The notes beneath the pieces are model-generated. The model ran no database searches. It was not told the origin of the DNA and saw nothing but the letters and a program-made list of their open reading frames with translations. Source: Cladosporium halotolerans (Eukaryota). Taken from it: DNA of 64,000 nt. Location of the stretch: contig NW_027191461.1 in the NCBI RefSeq assembly GCF_011745625.1, positions 248,001 to 312,000 of the forward strand. The letters run 5' to 3'. Shown here piece after piece: positions 48,281-60,776 of the stretch; the stretch's first letter is position 1; each line of letters opens with the position of its first letter. The translations under genes and the position numbers were made by a program.

Positions 48281-49682
48281 CGTTGCGAGTGAACTTGCGA
48301 GTCTTTGTTGGAACAAGTTGGATCGACAGAGGCGAGCGAAGGCGCCGTTATATATCCATGCAGTTGTCACTTGTCACTCCATCATTTTAAATCCGCGCAA
48401 CTTGATATGCGCTGGCGCTGCCCTCAGGTCAATCGCCATACCATCGAAACCATCGCAACACGCCCACATCGTTAGCATTAGCAACCTTCCAATTGGCTGA
48501 GCTGTGTACGCTAAAGATGACGCCCTGCGGAGAAAGTCACTGCGGGTAGTCCTCAATAGGCAGCCGCCTGGGATAGGGCTCCGCCTGTCCTGAATTAGCA
48601 TGGCAGTAGCCTGTTGATCAGCAAGCGGCTGGCCTGTATTTGACGTGATGAGTTGCGCTAAGCTCATGCGTCCACCAACCTTCTCGGAGGTGTTCGCGCA
48701 CTTGGCACAAGCGTGAAGAGACCCTCGCGGAGTACCCTTCCATCGGAAGTAGTTGATAGACATGAGGTGCATCTGTGGCTTGACCAGGTGTGCCGCGCTA
48801 CTAGATTCGGCTGGATGATAGGCACGTCATTTCCATACATGGCGCAGAAGGCCTGGCGACATGCCTCGGTCCCGGGGAGGCGGCACCCGCGATCAGCCAC
48901 CAAATCAACCACCAGGCGTCGATCGCTGCAAGGGCATTCGTGAGGCGCAATCTGTGAGCGAGCCCACCACGACCACTACTGCTTGCAGGCGTCACGGCGT
49001 CAGAGCACAGCCGCGCCTGCACCTCTCAACAACTAAGGCACTAACTGCAGGACGCACGCTGGCCTATTCCGCCGGCCCGATCATGGGTCGCCAGCTGCTC
49101 CACGCATCCTGCTGTTGAGCGAGCGATCTGTACAGCAGTGCCCATCCAAACAACGGTCCTGCGCGCTGAGAGGACGATTTGGCCTCGGCTCGCAGAGCTG
49201 GCGTTGTAGCCTTTTGCCAAAATACCGCCTTGAGGGCGGAATCTGCGTTACATCGCTGCCGATCGTTATAGAGCCCTTTTGGGTTGACAATTTGGCGGGG
49301 ACCCCAGGTGCCCATGATTGCGCGGTCGATCAGTGCAAAGCTAGCTAGTAGAGCATTAGCGCGCGGGTCAGTTGAGGATCGTCGAATCATCAGGTTCCAG
49401 ATGACCCGTTACCGAGGCGTTCTGAAGGGAGCGAGCTCGCACACGGTGAGGTGGCCTCGGCGCGATCGGAATCTGGCTACCGGGCTGCTGGGCACCGCTG
49501 ACGGCACGTGACGGGCTCGATGGGAGTCGGACGTCGGGACGCCGGGATGCAAACTACCCGCGTCCATGACATGGGCTCTCACCCGGCTGCTAGTGCAGAT
49601 CATAGCGCAGAATTGGAATATTCTCTAGCAAAAGTGAAGCGCATCCAGGCGTCAGGAGCAGCAGACGGCGCCATTGGGCACG

Positions 49683-52600
49683 ATGTCGAAGCGCGAGCAT
49701 GGCCCCGAAGACACCAGCCGGCCGCCGAAGCGTGCCAGGCCAGACCATGCTCAGCCCGCCCAGCCTGCGGAAGAGATCTGGTCGTCGCGGCAGCTTCAGG
49801 ACTTGCTTGCTTTCAGGCAGGATGGCCTCCAGGAACTTCGCCATGGCATAGCTTCGCTTAAGGCGTTTCTTGAAAACATCCTCTACCACCGCGAGGACGA
49901 CAACAGGGGTCGTCATCTGAGCATTCTTCGAGACTTTTTGGACTCCCAGAAACCCAAGGACTCGCAAGACACGGAAAGACCATTTCTCACGCAGCTATGG
50001 CAAGCCTGGTCTTTTGCCAATCAAAACAACAACGATTATCTGGCATCGTCACTTTGTGCAATCTTTGCTCTCATCTTGAAGACCGTTTCGTCGCTGCTTG
50101 ACTTTCGAGAAATCGGTGGTCTACTTTGCCGGACCGTTCTACAGCATCAGCATTTGCGTCTGGTCAAGCGCAGCCTGGATGCACCAAAACACAAGGACTT
50201 CCTGATCTCGCCAAGCTTACGGCTCCTCACTGAGCTGACTAGCTTTGATGGCGGCGTGTTCGCCAGAGAGGTGTACAAGCGTAGGGAGCAAACCTTCGAT
50301 CTTTCCGCGCTTAGGAAACATCTAGGTCTTTTCAAAACAGAGTGAGTCGATTCCAAAGTCGATTGTGCCTACGGGCTATTCAATTTGAGCCATGACTTCA
50401 AAACACATTTGTACTGACAAAACCCAGTGTTTCACAAGAAGAGGCCAAGCGCAAGCCCGCAATGCGCACACTTACCGTTCGCTACATTTTGACACACCTG
50501 AAGTATCAACCTGAAGGTGGAAGGATCGACATCCTGAAGCAGAGGCCGCTTTGTGGATCGCTGTTTCAGTACCTCCGCGAGGACCCGGCCGACCTTGTAT
50601 TAGAACTGCTGAGGACAGTCGAACAGAACGTCTTCAAGGACAAGACCTTACCACGATCAGCAAAGGCCGCCCTACTTACCCAGCAGCATCTTGAACGTGT
50701 CACGGAGATTGCCACACGGTCAGAGACTGACGCAAATGTGGCAAATGCGGCGCTCGAATGGCTGAAGGTGGTCTCTTCCAATTCTTCCTACGGTGTGCTG
50801 CGAGCCAGCGGCTGGTACCCGCCGGGGACCACCAAAGCAGAGCACAATTTGAGCCTGGCCAACGACGCGATCGACCTTGGTATTGACAGTCTCGAGTTTT
50901 ACGAGGATGCTGCCAATTTCCAAGTTCGCAATACCACCCTACTTTCATGGATCCTGACCCTGCGACCCCAGTCGGACAACAGAGAACGGGAGCTTGTACT
51001 CACCTGCTTCAAATCGGCCCCGGAACTTGTACACGCCTACTTCCGTGAGAAGGGCTTCCAACTGGACCCAAAACTGACGAACACGTGGATCGGATACGCT
51101 TCTTTTGTGTTTGAAGTCATCGGATTGCCCGTTCCAACGAAGCTCGGACATACTGAGGATGGTGGCTTCGCTGATGTTCCGCCCCAGATCACGATCGTTC
51201 TGGATAGTGTAATCCCCAAACCTTTGACGCAGAAGGTCTTGACCCGCTGCATAAATCAGAGTAGTGGTCTGGTGACTTTCTTCGCCCTCCGCCTTTTGGT
51301 TCTTTCTTTTCAAAAGCTGGTCAACATTCAGGCACAGTTCAAAGAGGCTGTGGCTGGTTCTGGCAACAGCAAACTTTGGCAAGAGGCTTCAACCCGGCTG
51401 CAAGACCGCTTCACCGAGCAATGTCCTAAGATGAAAGATATCATCAATACATTCCGACAAACTTCCGACGACCAAGAGCACATCCTGCAGAGAGAGGCGG
51501 TCACTCGATTGCTTAGCCTCTACTACGAGGTAATCCCAGTTCAGGCGCTTGAGGAGCAGTTCGATGTTTCCGGGCCTCTCACGGCTGCCCTCTTGAGAGA
51601 AGAATCTCCCGCGGCTGGCGAAGGAGAGGTCAACGCTATGCGCTCGCTCGAACTTGAGCACTTACTGAACATTGCGAGGCACAGTGCAAGTATGCGCTGG
51701 TTCCACACGCAAGGAGGGTTGAAGTTTTCGCCCTTTGTCACTCTTCTTCGCCTTCACGCGAAGCAGCCAGAGAGCAGACTCGTTCGCAGCATGCTGGGAG
51801 ATGTGCTCTACGAACAAGGACTCCTCAACCGAGGGCAAGATGCATCCAAACCTTCGCCGCTCGACGCTTTCGTCGCGAGTGTTATCCTGGGGAAGGACGA
51901 AAGCGACGCTGTCTTCACCTTTCTCGATGACTGCCTCTCGCGAGGTAGCCGACAGCCTGTCAAATATCTAGACTGTCTTGAAGGTCAGAAGCTTACGATC
52001 TCGTCTGAGTCTTCTACGCCAAGCCTGCTGGTAGAAGTCCTTCGCGAGCAGGCGCCCTTCGCTGCTGAGAAGTTGAGTGGTGCAGCTAAAGCAGCAGTCA
52101 TGGCATGGACGCAAAACTTTGTTTCATTGCTCGCCTTCACAAACGACAAGGGCCCCTTGTTAGACACCATTTCGGCAAGCATCACCAAACTCGACGGCGG
52201 CAAGAAGACCAATCACAGCACCGGTTATGACGCCTTGCTCGCCCAGGTCCGACTTCCCGAAACCACCGAGACCAACGCCTCCGTCAACGAAGCTGGATCG
52301 AGTGAGCAGCATGCCAACCAAATCCCCTTCGCAGCGGTCCCCGTCGAGTCTGCAAACCATCCGGAGATCTTCAAGTGGCAGCAGAAAGACCTGGACATCG
52401 CCATCGAGGATGGCGACATCGACGCTCTGATACTCTGCTTGTGCTCCGAACACACCGACATCCGTCATCAAGCCCGTGCGCAACTAAGTAATCTGGTCGG
52501 CAAGATACAAGCCTCAGACCTCGAAACAAAAGATCAGCTCCGGATTCTTCTCGGCGAGCTCCTCGAAACATATGAGCAACACATAACTGAGCACCAAAGC

Positions 52601-53134
52601 TCGCCACTCCCTTACCTCGTCGGCACGTTTGGTGTCCGCAGTCTCCACGTCCTGGCGGACCCCATACATTTCATGTACCCGAAAGTCAATCGCTACCTCA
52701 TGCGAAGCCCGCAATGGCGCATCAACCGCATGCCGGGCTATTGGATGGAGAACACAATCCTCAGCCAGCCAGAAGAAGATGACGCCTACTGGAAAGAAGT
52801 GCAGTGGGTGGCCGACTGGCTCGTGGACGGCTTGCGCACAGCGGGCGACATGGACCTGCTGCGCCGCTCGGGTGCTTTCGAGCGCGTCATGGCGCTGTAC
52901 GCCTCGCCCGCAGCTTCGGATAAGCTTGTGAGATCCAAGGTTCTCGAGCTAGTTTACAGAGCGGCGGTGGTGGATGCAAACACGCTCGTGACAAGAACCG
53001 GATGCCTCGCTTGGCTTGAGACCATCGGCAGCGGAGCTTTGCAGAAGAGGCTGAGGGAGTTTGTACTGGAGAAGGCGGACAAGGACAGGTTGAGACATTG
53101 GGCCGGTGTGGAGGTTGATGGTATGGATGTATAA
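49683..53134 (+). CDS. URB1: Nucleolar pre-ribosome protein Urb1/Npa1; intron 50342-50427
   Basis: Npa1-like N-terminal domain (LRLLTELTSFDGG, ...PELVHAYF...LDPKLTNTWIG) and NopRA1-like C-terminus (PIHFMYPKVNRYL...WLVDGLRT). Confidence 0.85.
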
Positions 53135-53810
53135 TATTTAGGCTGTCTCATAATCGGGAAGACGCGAAGCGCTGTAAACACACCTAACCATCCTCTCTGG
53201 GTTCGAGTACATGTATCTTTCAGATGCGAGCGTCTTTGGGGTGCGATGCTGTCATTCGACCTTTGGCCAAGGCAAGCCCCTCCATCGGCGGCCGCCCTCC
53301 CGAATCTCATGAAAAAACATCCTGTGCTGTCACATGCGGACGCTTTTCCTCAATGCTGCCAAACCATGTGGAGTGGTATACAATAAGCCGGATATGGTAC
53401 ATAGAATAATATACATGCAACATTCTGCGCACCGCCAAACACCGGGCCCACGCCCTGGCAGCGCTCCGTTGTCGCGTGCCTGCCTATATCGTCACCCAGC
53501 CTTGGCAAATCTCCAGCGTGGACCGTGCAACAACCTCCCGCAACGTCCACAGGGAAGCTTGACGACGCAGATGCGGCAGACACCACCACCACTGCCACCA
53601 CCATTGACCCCATCCACCCCCTCCGCGCTCGCACGTGATACCCCGGCACGCCCTGCACGCCCACCGCCCTCCCCACCCTACCGCGCCAACGCGACACCGC
53701 CCGCCTCACCGAAACAACGCTTCCCCGAGCCCCCACCACGGCTCCATAACCTCCTGCCACCGCCATCACCCCGCTAGTCAAGGCCACATCACCACAGTCC
53801 GCTCGAAAAT

Positions 53811-54942
53811 ATGGCGGAGGCTGCCGCGCTCAGGCAGCCGGTCGGAGACACCAACATGGAGGACGTAGGAAAGGTTGAGCACACCCTCGGCGACCCCGTG
53901 GATCCTCCCACGATAGGCACCCTCGACAGCTGGGTCGAGAGCCTGATGGCCTGCAAGCAGCTTTCCGAGGATGAAGTGCGAAGGCTGTGCGAGAAGGCCA
54001 GGGAGGTGCTGCAAGACGAGAGCAACGTACAGCCGGTGAAGTGCCCCGTCACCGTGTGCGGCGACATCCACGGTCAGTTCCACGATTTGATGGAGCTGTT
54101 TAAGATTGGCGGACCCAACCCCGACACCAACTACCTCTTCATGGGCGACTACGTTGACCGCGGTTACTTCTCTGTTGAGACGGTGACTCTGCTCGTCGCG
54201 CTCAAGATCCGCTACCCCAGCCGCATCACCATCCTGCGCGGCAACCACGAATCCCGCCAGATCACTCAGGTCTACGGATTCTACGATGAGTGTCTGCGCA
54301 AATACGGCAACGCGAACGTGTGGAAATATTTCACAGATCTCTTCGACTTCCTGCCGCTCACGGCGCTTATTGATAACCAGATCTTCTGTCTCCACGGTGG
54401 TCTTTCGCCCAGCATCGACACGCTGGATAACATCCGCGCGCTCGACAGAATACAGGAAGTACCTCACGAGGGCCCCATGTGCGACTTGCTCTGGTCCGAC
54501 CCTGACGACAGGTGCGGATGGGGAATCAGCCCCAGAGGTGCGGGATACACATTCGGCCAGGACATCAGCGAGGCGTTCAACCATAACAATGGCCTGACGC
54601 TCGTGGCTCGCGCGCATCAGCTCGTCATGGAGGGATACAATTGGAGTCAAGACCGCAACGTCGTCACCATCTTCTCAGGTATGTCGTAGTGGATGCGACC
54701 TACGGGATTTCCATGTTCTGACTCATATCTACAGCACCTAACTATTGCTACCGCTGCGGCAACCAAGCGGCGATTATGGAGATCGACGAGCATCTCAAGT
54801 ACACCTTGTGCGTATCTATACATCCAAACGCCGAATCAATGGCTCCTTCACTAACACCGCCCCTCCCAGCCTGCAATTCGACCCCTGCCCGCGAGCCGGC
54901 GAGCCCATGGTCTCGCGCAGGACGCCCGACTACTTCCTGTAA
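53811..54942 (+). CDS. PPH21: Protein phosphatase 2A catalytic subunit; introns 54679-54734 and 54808-54869
   Basis: [29 protein letters not shown] and the C-terminal RRTPDYFL. Confidence 0.95.
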
Positions 54943-55747
54943 TAGGCGCAAAGAGCCGGAAGAGCATAAGAAGAGACGCCAGGGCAACCGCGCGAGACAT
55001 GAGAAAAGCCAGCGACGCAAGAAGAAAACGGAAAAGAAAAACCAACCCATGTCACACAAAAACGAATCCATTCAGCGCTTCCCCTCAACCTTCCAACCCT
55101 AGAGTGTCCACGATCCGAAAGAAGAAAGACGTTACCTCTTCTTCACACGATAGAACATGCTTTTGCCAACCACGTCCCCGGCGAGCGGAAGACCTGGGGC
55201 GGGGCGAGAAAACATATCTTCTGTTGTACCATACATCTGCGCTGGCGGGCTGGGGAAGGCTGCTGTCAATCTTGGGCCTCTTCTTTCTTTCGTGCTGTCC
55301 ATTCTTCTTTTTGTGCAAAGCGGATGGGCGGGCTGGAAGTCAAGTCGGGGCTTTCATGAGACGTTAGAGACGAGCCAGCCATGAGATAATTGTTTTTTTT
55401 GCTTTCCGATGACTCTTCCTTTCGTGACGTGGTGTGTGATGATGGCTTATCCTTCTTTGACTCCCTTGACGCTATCTGTGTTGCATTTGGGGCCCACGTA
55501 CGTCCTGGCCATGTCTCATGTATTCGAATTTACGGCATTGCATCATGACAGCATGGCAGCAAGAGGGAGTGAGACGCAGTAGAGAAGTTTCACACGCGGG
55601 TAAGAGCTGCAGATTTGCTGGGTATCTCAATTTTCTGCTGAATTCGACCATGTTCCCCGTTTCCATTCACGGGACCAACGCGCCACACGTAGAACGCCAT
55701 GCTAAGTGTCACAAAATCCTTCATCCGCCCGATTTCGGCGCGGGCTT

Positions 55748-57624
55748 TTACCAGTTCCTAGGGTAGAATTGTCAGCGTGTGCTTTCGGATGCGGCAGCAG
55801 TTTAGTCCTTCGCCTTGGCAGTGAAGTTGGGTAATTTTGCAGGGTCAGGGGTAGATAATTCTAAGCGTTCGCAGCATTTGCCAGATGTTGGCATATGAGT
55901 GAGCTGGGTTGAACTTGAGTGTTCTCATCAAAGGAGCAACGGCGGCGGCGGGGACGTGGAAAAGAGGAGCTAAAACAACGTACCATGTCCTGGCCGCGGC
56001 GCTGAAAACCGGCGGCTTCCACTGCAGCTTCGTGGGCTCGATGAAGCGCTTGCCCTTGACTTTTTCTTTCTCCCGCTGCTTCTCGCGCTGCTGCAGCACC
56101 GCGTCCGTCAGCACGATGACGTGGTTCTTGTTGCTGTAGCGCAGCATGTTGAGGTTCTGCAGCGTGTGTAGCACGTCGGTGGTCGTCATGGCTAGCGTGG
56201 AGCCGATGTCCTCGACGCTCAGCTGGCCGCCGGCGTCGACGAGCAGATCGACTATGACTTCTTGCCAGTAGGCGCGGTAACCGAGGAGACCCAGATCTGA
56301 AAGTGGCTTTTCGGGCGAGCCGAGCTTGCCTTCGATCTTGCTGAGCTCGTAGGAGAATTGAATGAGCAGACGGCCGTAGCCTTTGCGCTGAAATTGTGGC
56401 AGGGTCAGAATACAGGCGACGTTGTATCCCTCCGCGCTTTCCTTTTCTTTGCTGAAATAGCCGACAAGGTGATGACCATGTTCAGTCCGTGTGGTCATGC
56501 AGTAGAAAAGAAAAGGGTCGACATCATAGTAGAGGGTTTTGTGGTCGAGGAAGAGTTTACTCAGGAGGCAGAGATTGCGACACCAAGTTCGTTGTCGTCG
56601 GCCGTCGATCTCGAAAAAGGACACGTTATCATCACGGTAGATCTCGTTTCCAGGAGGGTGGTAGAGCTGGCATTTTTGCCTGTGGCGGGTGAATTGGTGC
56701 AGATTGCCATAGTAGCCTAGACAAAATTCGCAAATGTAGACCATGTCGACGTCCGTGAACTCGGCTGGGTAAGGCGAGAAGTACCAAGGTTCGATCTCCG
56801 AGTCGCCCATTTGAATTGTCTCAAGGTTACGCACGCGCGAGATCTCGGTCTGGTTTTGGGTCATGCTGCCGCCAACGCGAAGCTTCTCTATCTCCTCCTC
56901 ACGGCTGTAGGGCACATGGTCGGGAACAGCTTTCGCTGCGGCGGCAGCATCCTGCATGTCGACAAGATCGATCGTGGACTCATCCTCAGCCTGCGGGGTA
57001 CCGCCGATGTCTTCTGTTGCAACGGCGATGAGACTAGGGTCGCGGTTTTCCTTCCCGCCAGACTGAGAAGGCCGGCGCGAGCTCTTCGCCGAGCCATCGA
57101 AGGGAGTTCCTGAGGCCTCGCGCTGGTTCGTGCCGGCACGAGGGCGCTTCTGGCCTACTTTCGTCTGCTTCGAGTCTGTTTTCGAGGTTTGCTTCTGCTT
57201 GGACTTGGGCTCAGGTTTCTCTGGAAGTGGCCATTCGACCTCGTGGGAGAGATCGATACGTTCTGGCGCGACCCATTCATCCAGACGCTTGTTGAATTCT
57301 TCGTAATGCACATAGAACGTCGGCTTGCCTTTCCTGGTGGTGATGGAAAGAATCTCTGCTTTTCGTTTTTCGCCATCCTGCCTGTGGTCAGCCCGCTGAA
57401 GCCTGCGCGTGTCTATAGGTGGCGTTGCGAAAAGCCCACCTTCTCTATCATCGCTTTGACGCCGATTCTGCATCAAATGTCAGCACTTCACTCCATGAGT
57501 GCTGCCATCGCACTGCGCGCATGGTAAATGAGATGGCTGCTTACCTGAGAGTCGAAAGCGTCGCGATACTCTTTTCAGGCTTGGGCTCGTCGGCGCCATT
57601 TGCCGCGTTATCGCGCGGCGCCAT
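55748..57624 (-). CDS. ESA1: MYST histone acetyltransferase Esa1/Tip60 (NuA4 catalytic subunit), 4 exons with a 10-nt last exon (55757-55748)
   Basis: Tudor-knot [56 protein letters not shown]. The 226-nt last intron (55983-55758) gives the end ...ARTWNW*. Confidence 0.95.
55841..55935 (-). ncRNA. Intronic box C/D snoRNA, snR69-like (predicted 25S rRNA Cm2948 guide, yeast numbering)
   Basis: Minus strand: box C TGATGA (55930-55925), guide AACCCAGCTCA(C) (55910-55899) complementary to LSU rRNA GUGAGCUGGGUU, degenerate D' CTCA, hairpin TGCCA/TGGCA, box D CTGA (55848-55845). All lie inside the ESA1 last intron. Confidence 0.8.
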
Positions 57625-57927
57625 GATGCGCGCGGATACAGGTTGATTGTCTGCTACAATATCGGTGACGGCGCGAGATTGTTGTCGTCGCTCTCGAGAA
57701 TCATGCGTCGCGACGACGTGATATTGCGCCCGTAGCCAGCAGGCATCGGGTGTCGGCGTATTATACAGACCGGTACGGGCGCTACCCCAGCCGAGGCCAT
57801 GCGCCTGGAGGCTGGAGTCGGCCAAAAAAGTTCACATGCTCTGGCCCGAGCACGTTTCCACGATTGCTACATTACATTCACCACGACACGCCTCAGTTGC
57901 GCAAGATGCCGAGGTGATTGAATAACG

Positions 57928-59076
57928 ATGCCCGGCATACCACCCAGCAGCCTTTCAAGCAATTGGAAGAAGCTCCAAGCCCAGCTGCAAGTCGACAAGA
58001 AGCCCGACGACAAGAGCAATGGCCTCAAGCGCAAGCGGCCTGTAGACACCACGAACACCACCAAACCCGCCCGCAAACCCAAACCCACAGGCCCCAACAC
58101 CACCACCGCCGCCCCCGTCAAGAAACGCAAAATGGGCTCCTACGCCTCCACCCCGGCCCCCAAACCCTCCCACCACCACACCCTCACAACCGACCACGAC
58201 ATCCCCGCCGCCGACCTGACCGCCGCCTACGGCACCTCCAACCCGACCCGCACCACCCAAACCACCTTCCACGACCCCCTCAACAGCGGCCTGCACCCCT
58301 CCCACCGCGCCGGCAAATACCTCGCCCTCGACTGCGAAATGGTCGGCACGGGCCCGCCCCCGCACGCCGACGACCTGCTCGCGCGCGCCTCCCTCGTCAA
58401 CTTCCACGGCGAGCAGATCTACGACTCCTACGTGCAGCCGCCGCCGCGCGCGCGCGTCGAAGACTACCGCACGCACGTCTCCGGCATCCGGCCCGCGCAC
58501 CTGCACCCTTCGTGCGCGCGGCCCTTCGCGGAAGTGCAAGCCGCAATCGCGGAGCTGCTGCGCGACAAAATCCTGGTGGGCCACGCGCTGAAGAAGGACA
58601 TGCAGGCGCTGCAGCTGAGCCACCCGCGGCGGGACGTGCGGGATACGTCGCGGTACGCGCCGTTTCGCGTCGAGAGCAGGGGCAAGCCGCCGGCGCTGCG
58701 GAATCTGGCGCGGAGTGAATTGGGCTTGACGATCCAGACGGGCGAGCACAGTAGTGTTGAGGACGCGCGGGCGACGATGGCGCTGTTTCGGAAGGAGAAG
58801 CAGGGGTTTGAGGAGGAGAACAGGCGGACGTTTGGGACGAAGAGGAGGGTGCTGGGTGGGAAGGGGAGGCGGGAGGAGAGTGTTGGGGAGGAGGAGGGGG
58901 AGGGCGATGAGGACGAGGATGAGGATGAGGATCTGGACGAGGAGGACTTGGATTTGCTGGAGGGCGAGGAGGACGAGTTTGCGGCGGAGCTGGGCGGTGG
59001 TGCGGCGGCGAAGAAGAAGGCGGCGCCGGATAAGAAGAAGCGTAAGAAGAAGAAGTCGAGGACGAAGAGGAAGTGA
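57928..59076 (+). CDS. REX4: RNA exonuclease 4 (DEDDh)
   Basis: LSSNWKKL N-terminus, YLALDCEMVG, ILVGHAL..D, HSSVEDARATM; acidic and basic tail. Confidence 0.93.
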   Translation: MPGIPPSSLSSNWKKLQAQLQVDKKPDDKSNGLKRKRPVDTTNTTKPARKPKPTGPNTTTAAPVKKRKMGSYASTPAPKPSHHHTLTTDHDIPAADLTAAYGTSNPTRTTQTTFHDPLNSGLHPSHRAGKYLALDCEMVGTGPPPHADDLLARASLVNFHGEQIYDSYVQPPPRARVEDYRTHVSGIRPAHLHPSCARPFAEVQAAIAELLRDKILVGHALKKDMQALQLSHPRRDVRDTSRYAPFRVESRGKPPALRNLARSELGLTIQTGEHSSVEDARATMALFRKEKQGFEEENRRTFGTKRRVLGGKGRREESVGEEEGEGDEDEDEDEDLDEEDLDLLEGEEDEFAAELGGGAAAKKKAAPDKKKRKKKKSRTKRK

Positions 59077-59345
59077 GAGAGAGGAGAGTGAGGAGTTTCA
59101 CACGTCAAAGAATTCATAAAGTGTAATACCATTACCGTCCGCTCTCGCAGGCGGTGTGTCCGGCTTCCTCTCCTAAACTTTATCTTTCACCAAACAGCGC
59201 TTTTCTCCAAGCTCTTAGATGTGTGCGCGCGCGCAAGAAGGGTATATTCGTCATATCAGTCCTCTATCCCTGCATGTCCGAAAGAACGCCGTCCGCTACG
59301 ACCAAAAATAAAGTGTCAAAAAGATCGGTCCGCCTCTTGTCCTCT

Positions 59346-60776
59346 CTACAGAGGCACATCCTCCATCATACCGACAGCTCCCTCTCTGCCGACCGTCAGG
59401 ATGATGTCACCCAATGTCTTCGTCGCGAAGCCAGCCTCGCAGTAGCTGAAATAGTACTCCCACTTCCTCTTGAAGAGATCCACGTCCTCCTCGCTCATGC
59501 CCTTGCCCTTGCGGTCGCCCTTGTGCTCTGCCAGAAGCGAAGGCCTGATCTTGGCGTTGAACGACTGCATGAAGTTTTGCCTCCACAGGCGCAGGGTTTT
59601 GGCGTAGTGCGGGCCGATGTTCTCGACGCTCTCCGGGATGAGACGCGGCTGCGCGCCGGAGGCCTTGCGCGTGGAGCCCGCGCGCACGGCGTCCAGCAGC
59701 TGGGTCGTGGTGGGCAGGTGGCCGCCGGGGAAGATGTAGCGGCGGATGAAGTCGTCGGACTTGCTGTAGGCCTCGTAGCGCGACTCAGGCATTGTGATGC
59801 ATTGGAAGACGGCGACACCACCGTCGCTCTTGAGAAGATTGTCGATGCAGCGGAAGTAGGTCTCCAGGTATTCGGCGCCCACAGCTTCGAGCATCTCAAT
59901 GCTAACGGCCTTGTCGAACTTCTCCGACTCGGATGGGATGGGCAGGCTGCGGTAGTCGCAAAGCAGCACGCGAATCTTGTCTTCCAGGCCTGCGGCGCGG
60001 ATGCGCTCTTCGGCCAGCTCTTTCTGCTCAATACTGAGGGTCAAGCTAGTGACCCGGCAGCCGGTCTGAGACGAGGCTAGAATGGCGAAGCTACCCCAGC
60101 CAGTGCCGATCTCGAGGACATGGTCAGTAGCCTTGATGTTCGCATTGTCGATGAATCGCTGCAACTTGCGGTATTGCGCTTGCTCAAGAGTTTCCTGTGA
60201 GCTCTTCGCGTCGCTCTTGGGAAGCCAGATGGGACACGAGTAGGTCATGTCAGGCGAGAGGAAAGCGGCGAACATCTCGTTGGAGATGTCATAGTGTGCG
60301 GAAATGTTGAGACGAGCGTTCGTGAGGGTGTTCGTGCTGCGAATGAAGCCTGCCACCTTTCCGGCCAGATCGGATGTGAAAGTCGAGCCATTGGAGAGGT
60401 ATGCGCGGTTCACGATGAACAGCTTGAAGAACGCTGTGATGTCCGGACAGGCAACCTCGCCGAGCATGTAGCTCTCAGCGAATCCCATGTCCGCGAACAA
60501 CAGAAGACGGACCCAGAAAAGGTCGCTCAGAACGCGCAGTTCTGCATGCGGTATCGTGTAGACATTCTTCTCGTCCTGGCTGCCGACCCTTCGCGGGCTG
60601 CCGCAGATGGTCACGCTGCCATCTGTGTCTTGAATCGTGAGCGATCCGATTTGTACATTCCTGAGAAGCGACAGAATGGCACTCCGCGAAACATAGAGTA
60701 GCGGCGGGAGAGCGTAAGATCCAGCGTAGCTTGCTAACGCATTGGCGCTGTTTGTGAGAGGGGAGAGAACGCCCAT
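59346..60776 (-). CDS. Cyclopropane-fatty-acyl-phospholipid synthase family SAM methyltransferase
   Basis: NISAHYDISN, DMTYSC, VLEIGTGWG, SIEMLEAVG, FIRRYIFPGG, HYAKTLRLWR, KWEYYFSYCEAGF. Confidence 0.92.
   Translation of the reverse strand: MGVLSPLTNSANALASYAGSYALPPLLYVSRSAILSLLRNVQIGSLTIQDTDGSVTICGSPRRVGSQDEKNVYTIPHAELRVLSDLFWVRLLLFADMGFAESYMLGEVACPDITAFFKLFIVNRAYLSNGSTFTSDLAGKVAGFIRSTNTLTNARLNISAHYDISNEMFAAFLSPDMTYSCPIWLPKSDAKSSQETLEQAQYRKLQRFIDNANIKATDHVLEIGTGWGSFAILASSQTGCRVTSLTLSIEQKELAEERIRAAGLEDKIRVLLCDYRSLPIPSESEKFDKAVSIEMLEAVGAEYLETYFRCIDNLLKSDGGVAVFQCITMPESRYEAYSKSDDFIRRYIFPGGHLPTTTQLLDAVRAGSTRKASGAQPRLIPESVENIGPHYAKTLRLWRQNFMQSFNAKIRPSLLAEHKGDRKGKGMSEEDVDLFKRKWEYYFSYCEAGFATKTLGDIILTVGREGAVGMMEDVPL

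Noticed and set aside
12501..60776. Secondary-metabolite cluster (hydrolase, hydroxy-acid oxidase, Zn2Cys6 factor, peroxygenase, methyltransferase)
   Set aside because: No PKS, NRPS or terpene backbone gene is present and the genes are not adjacent.
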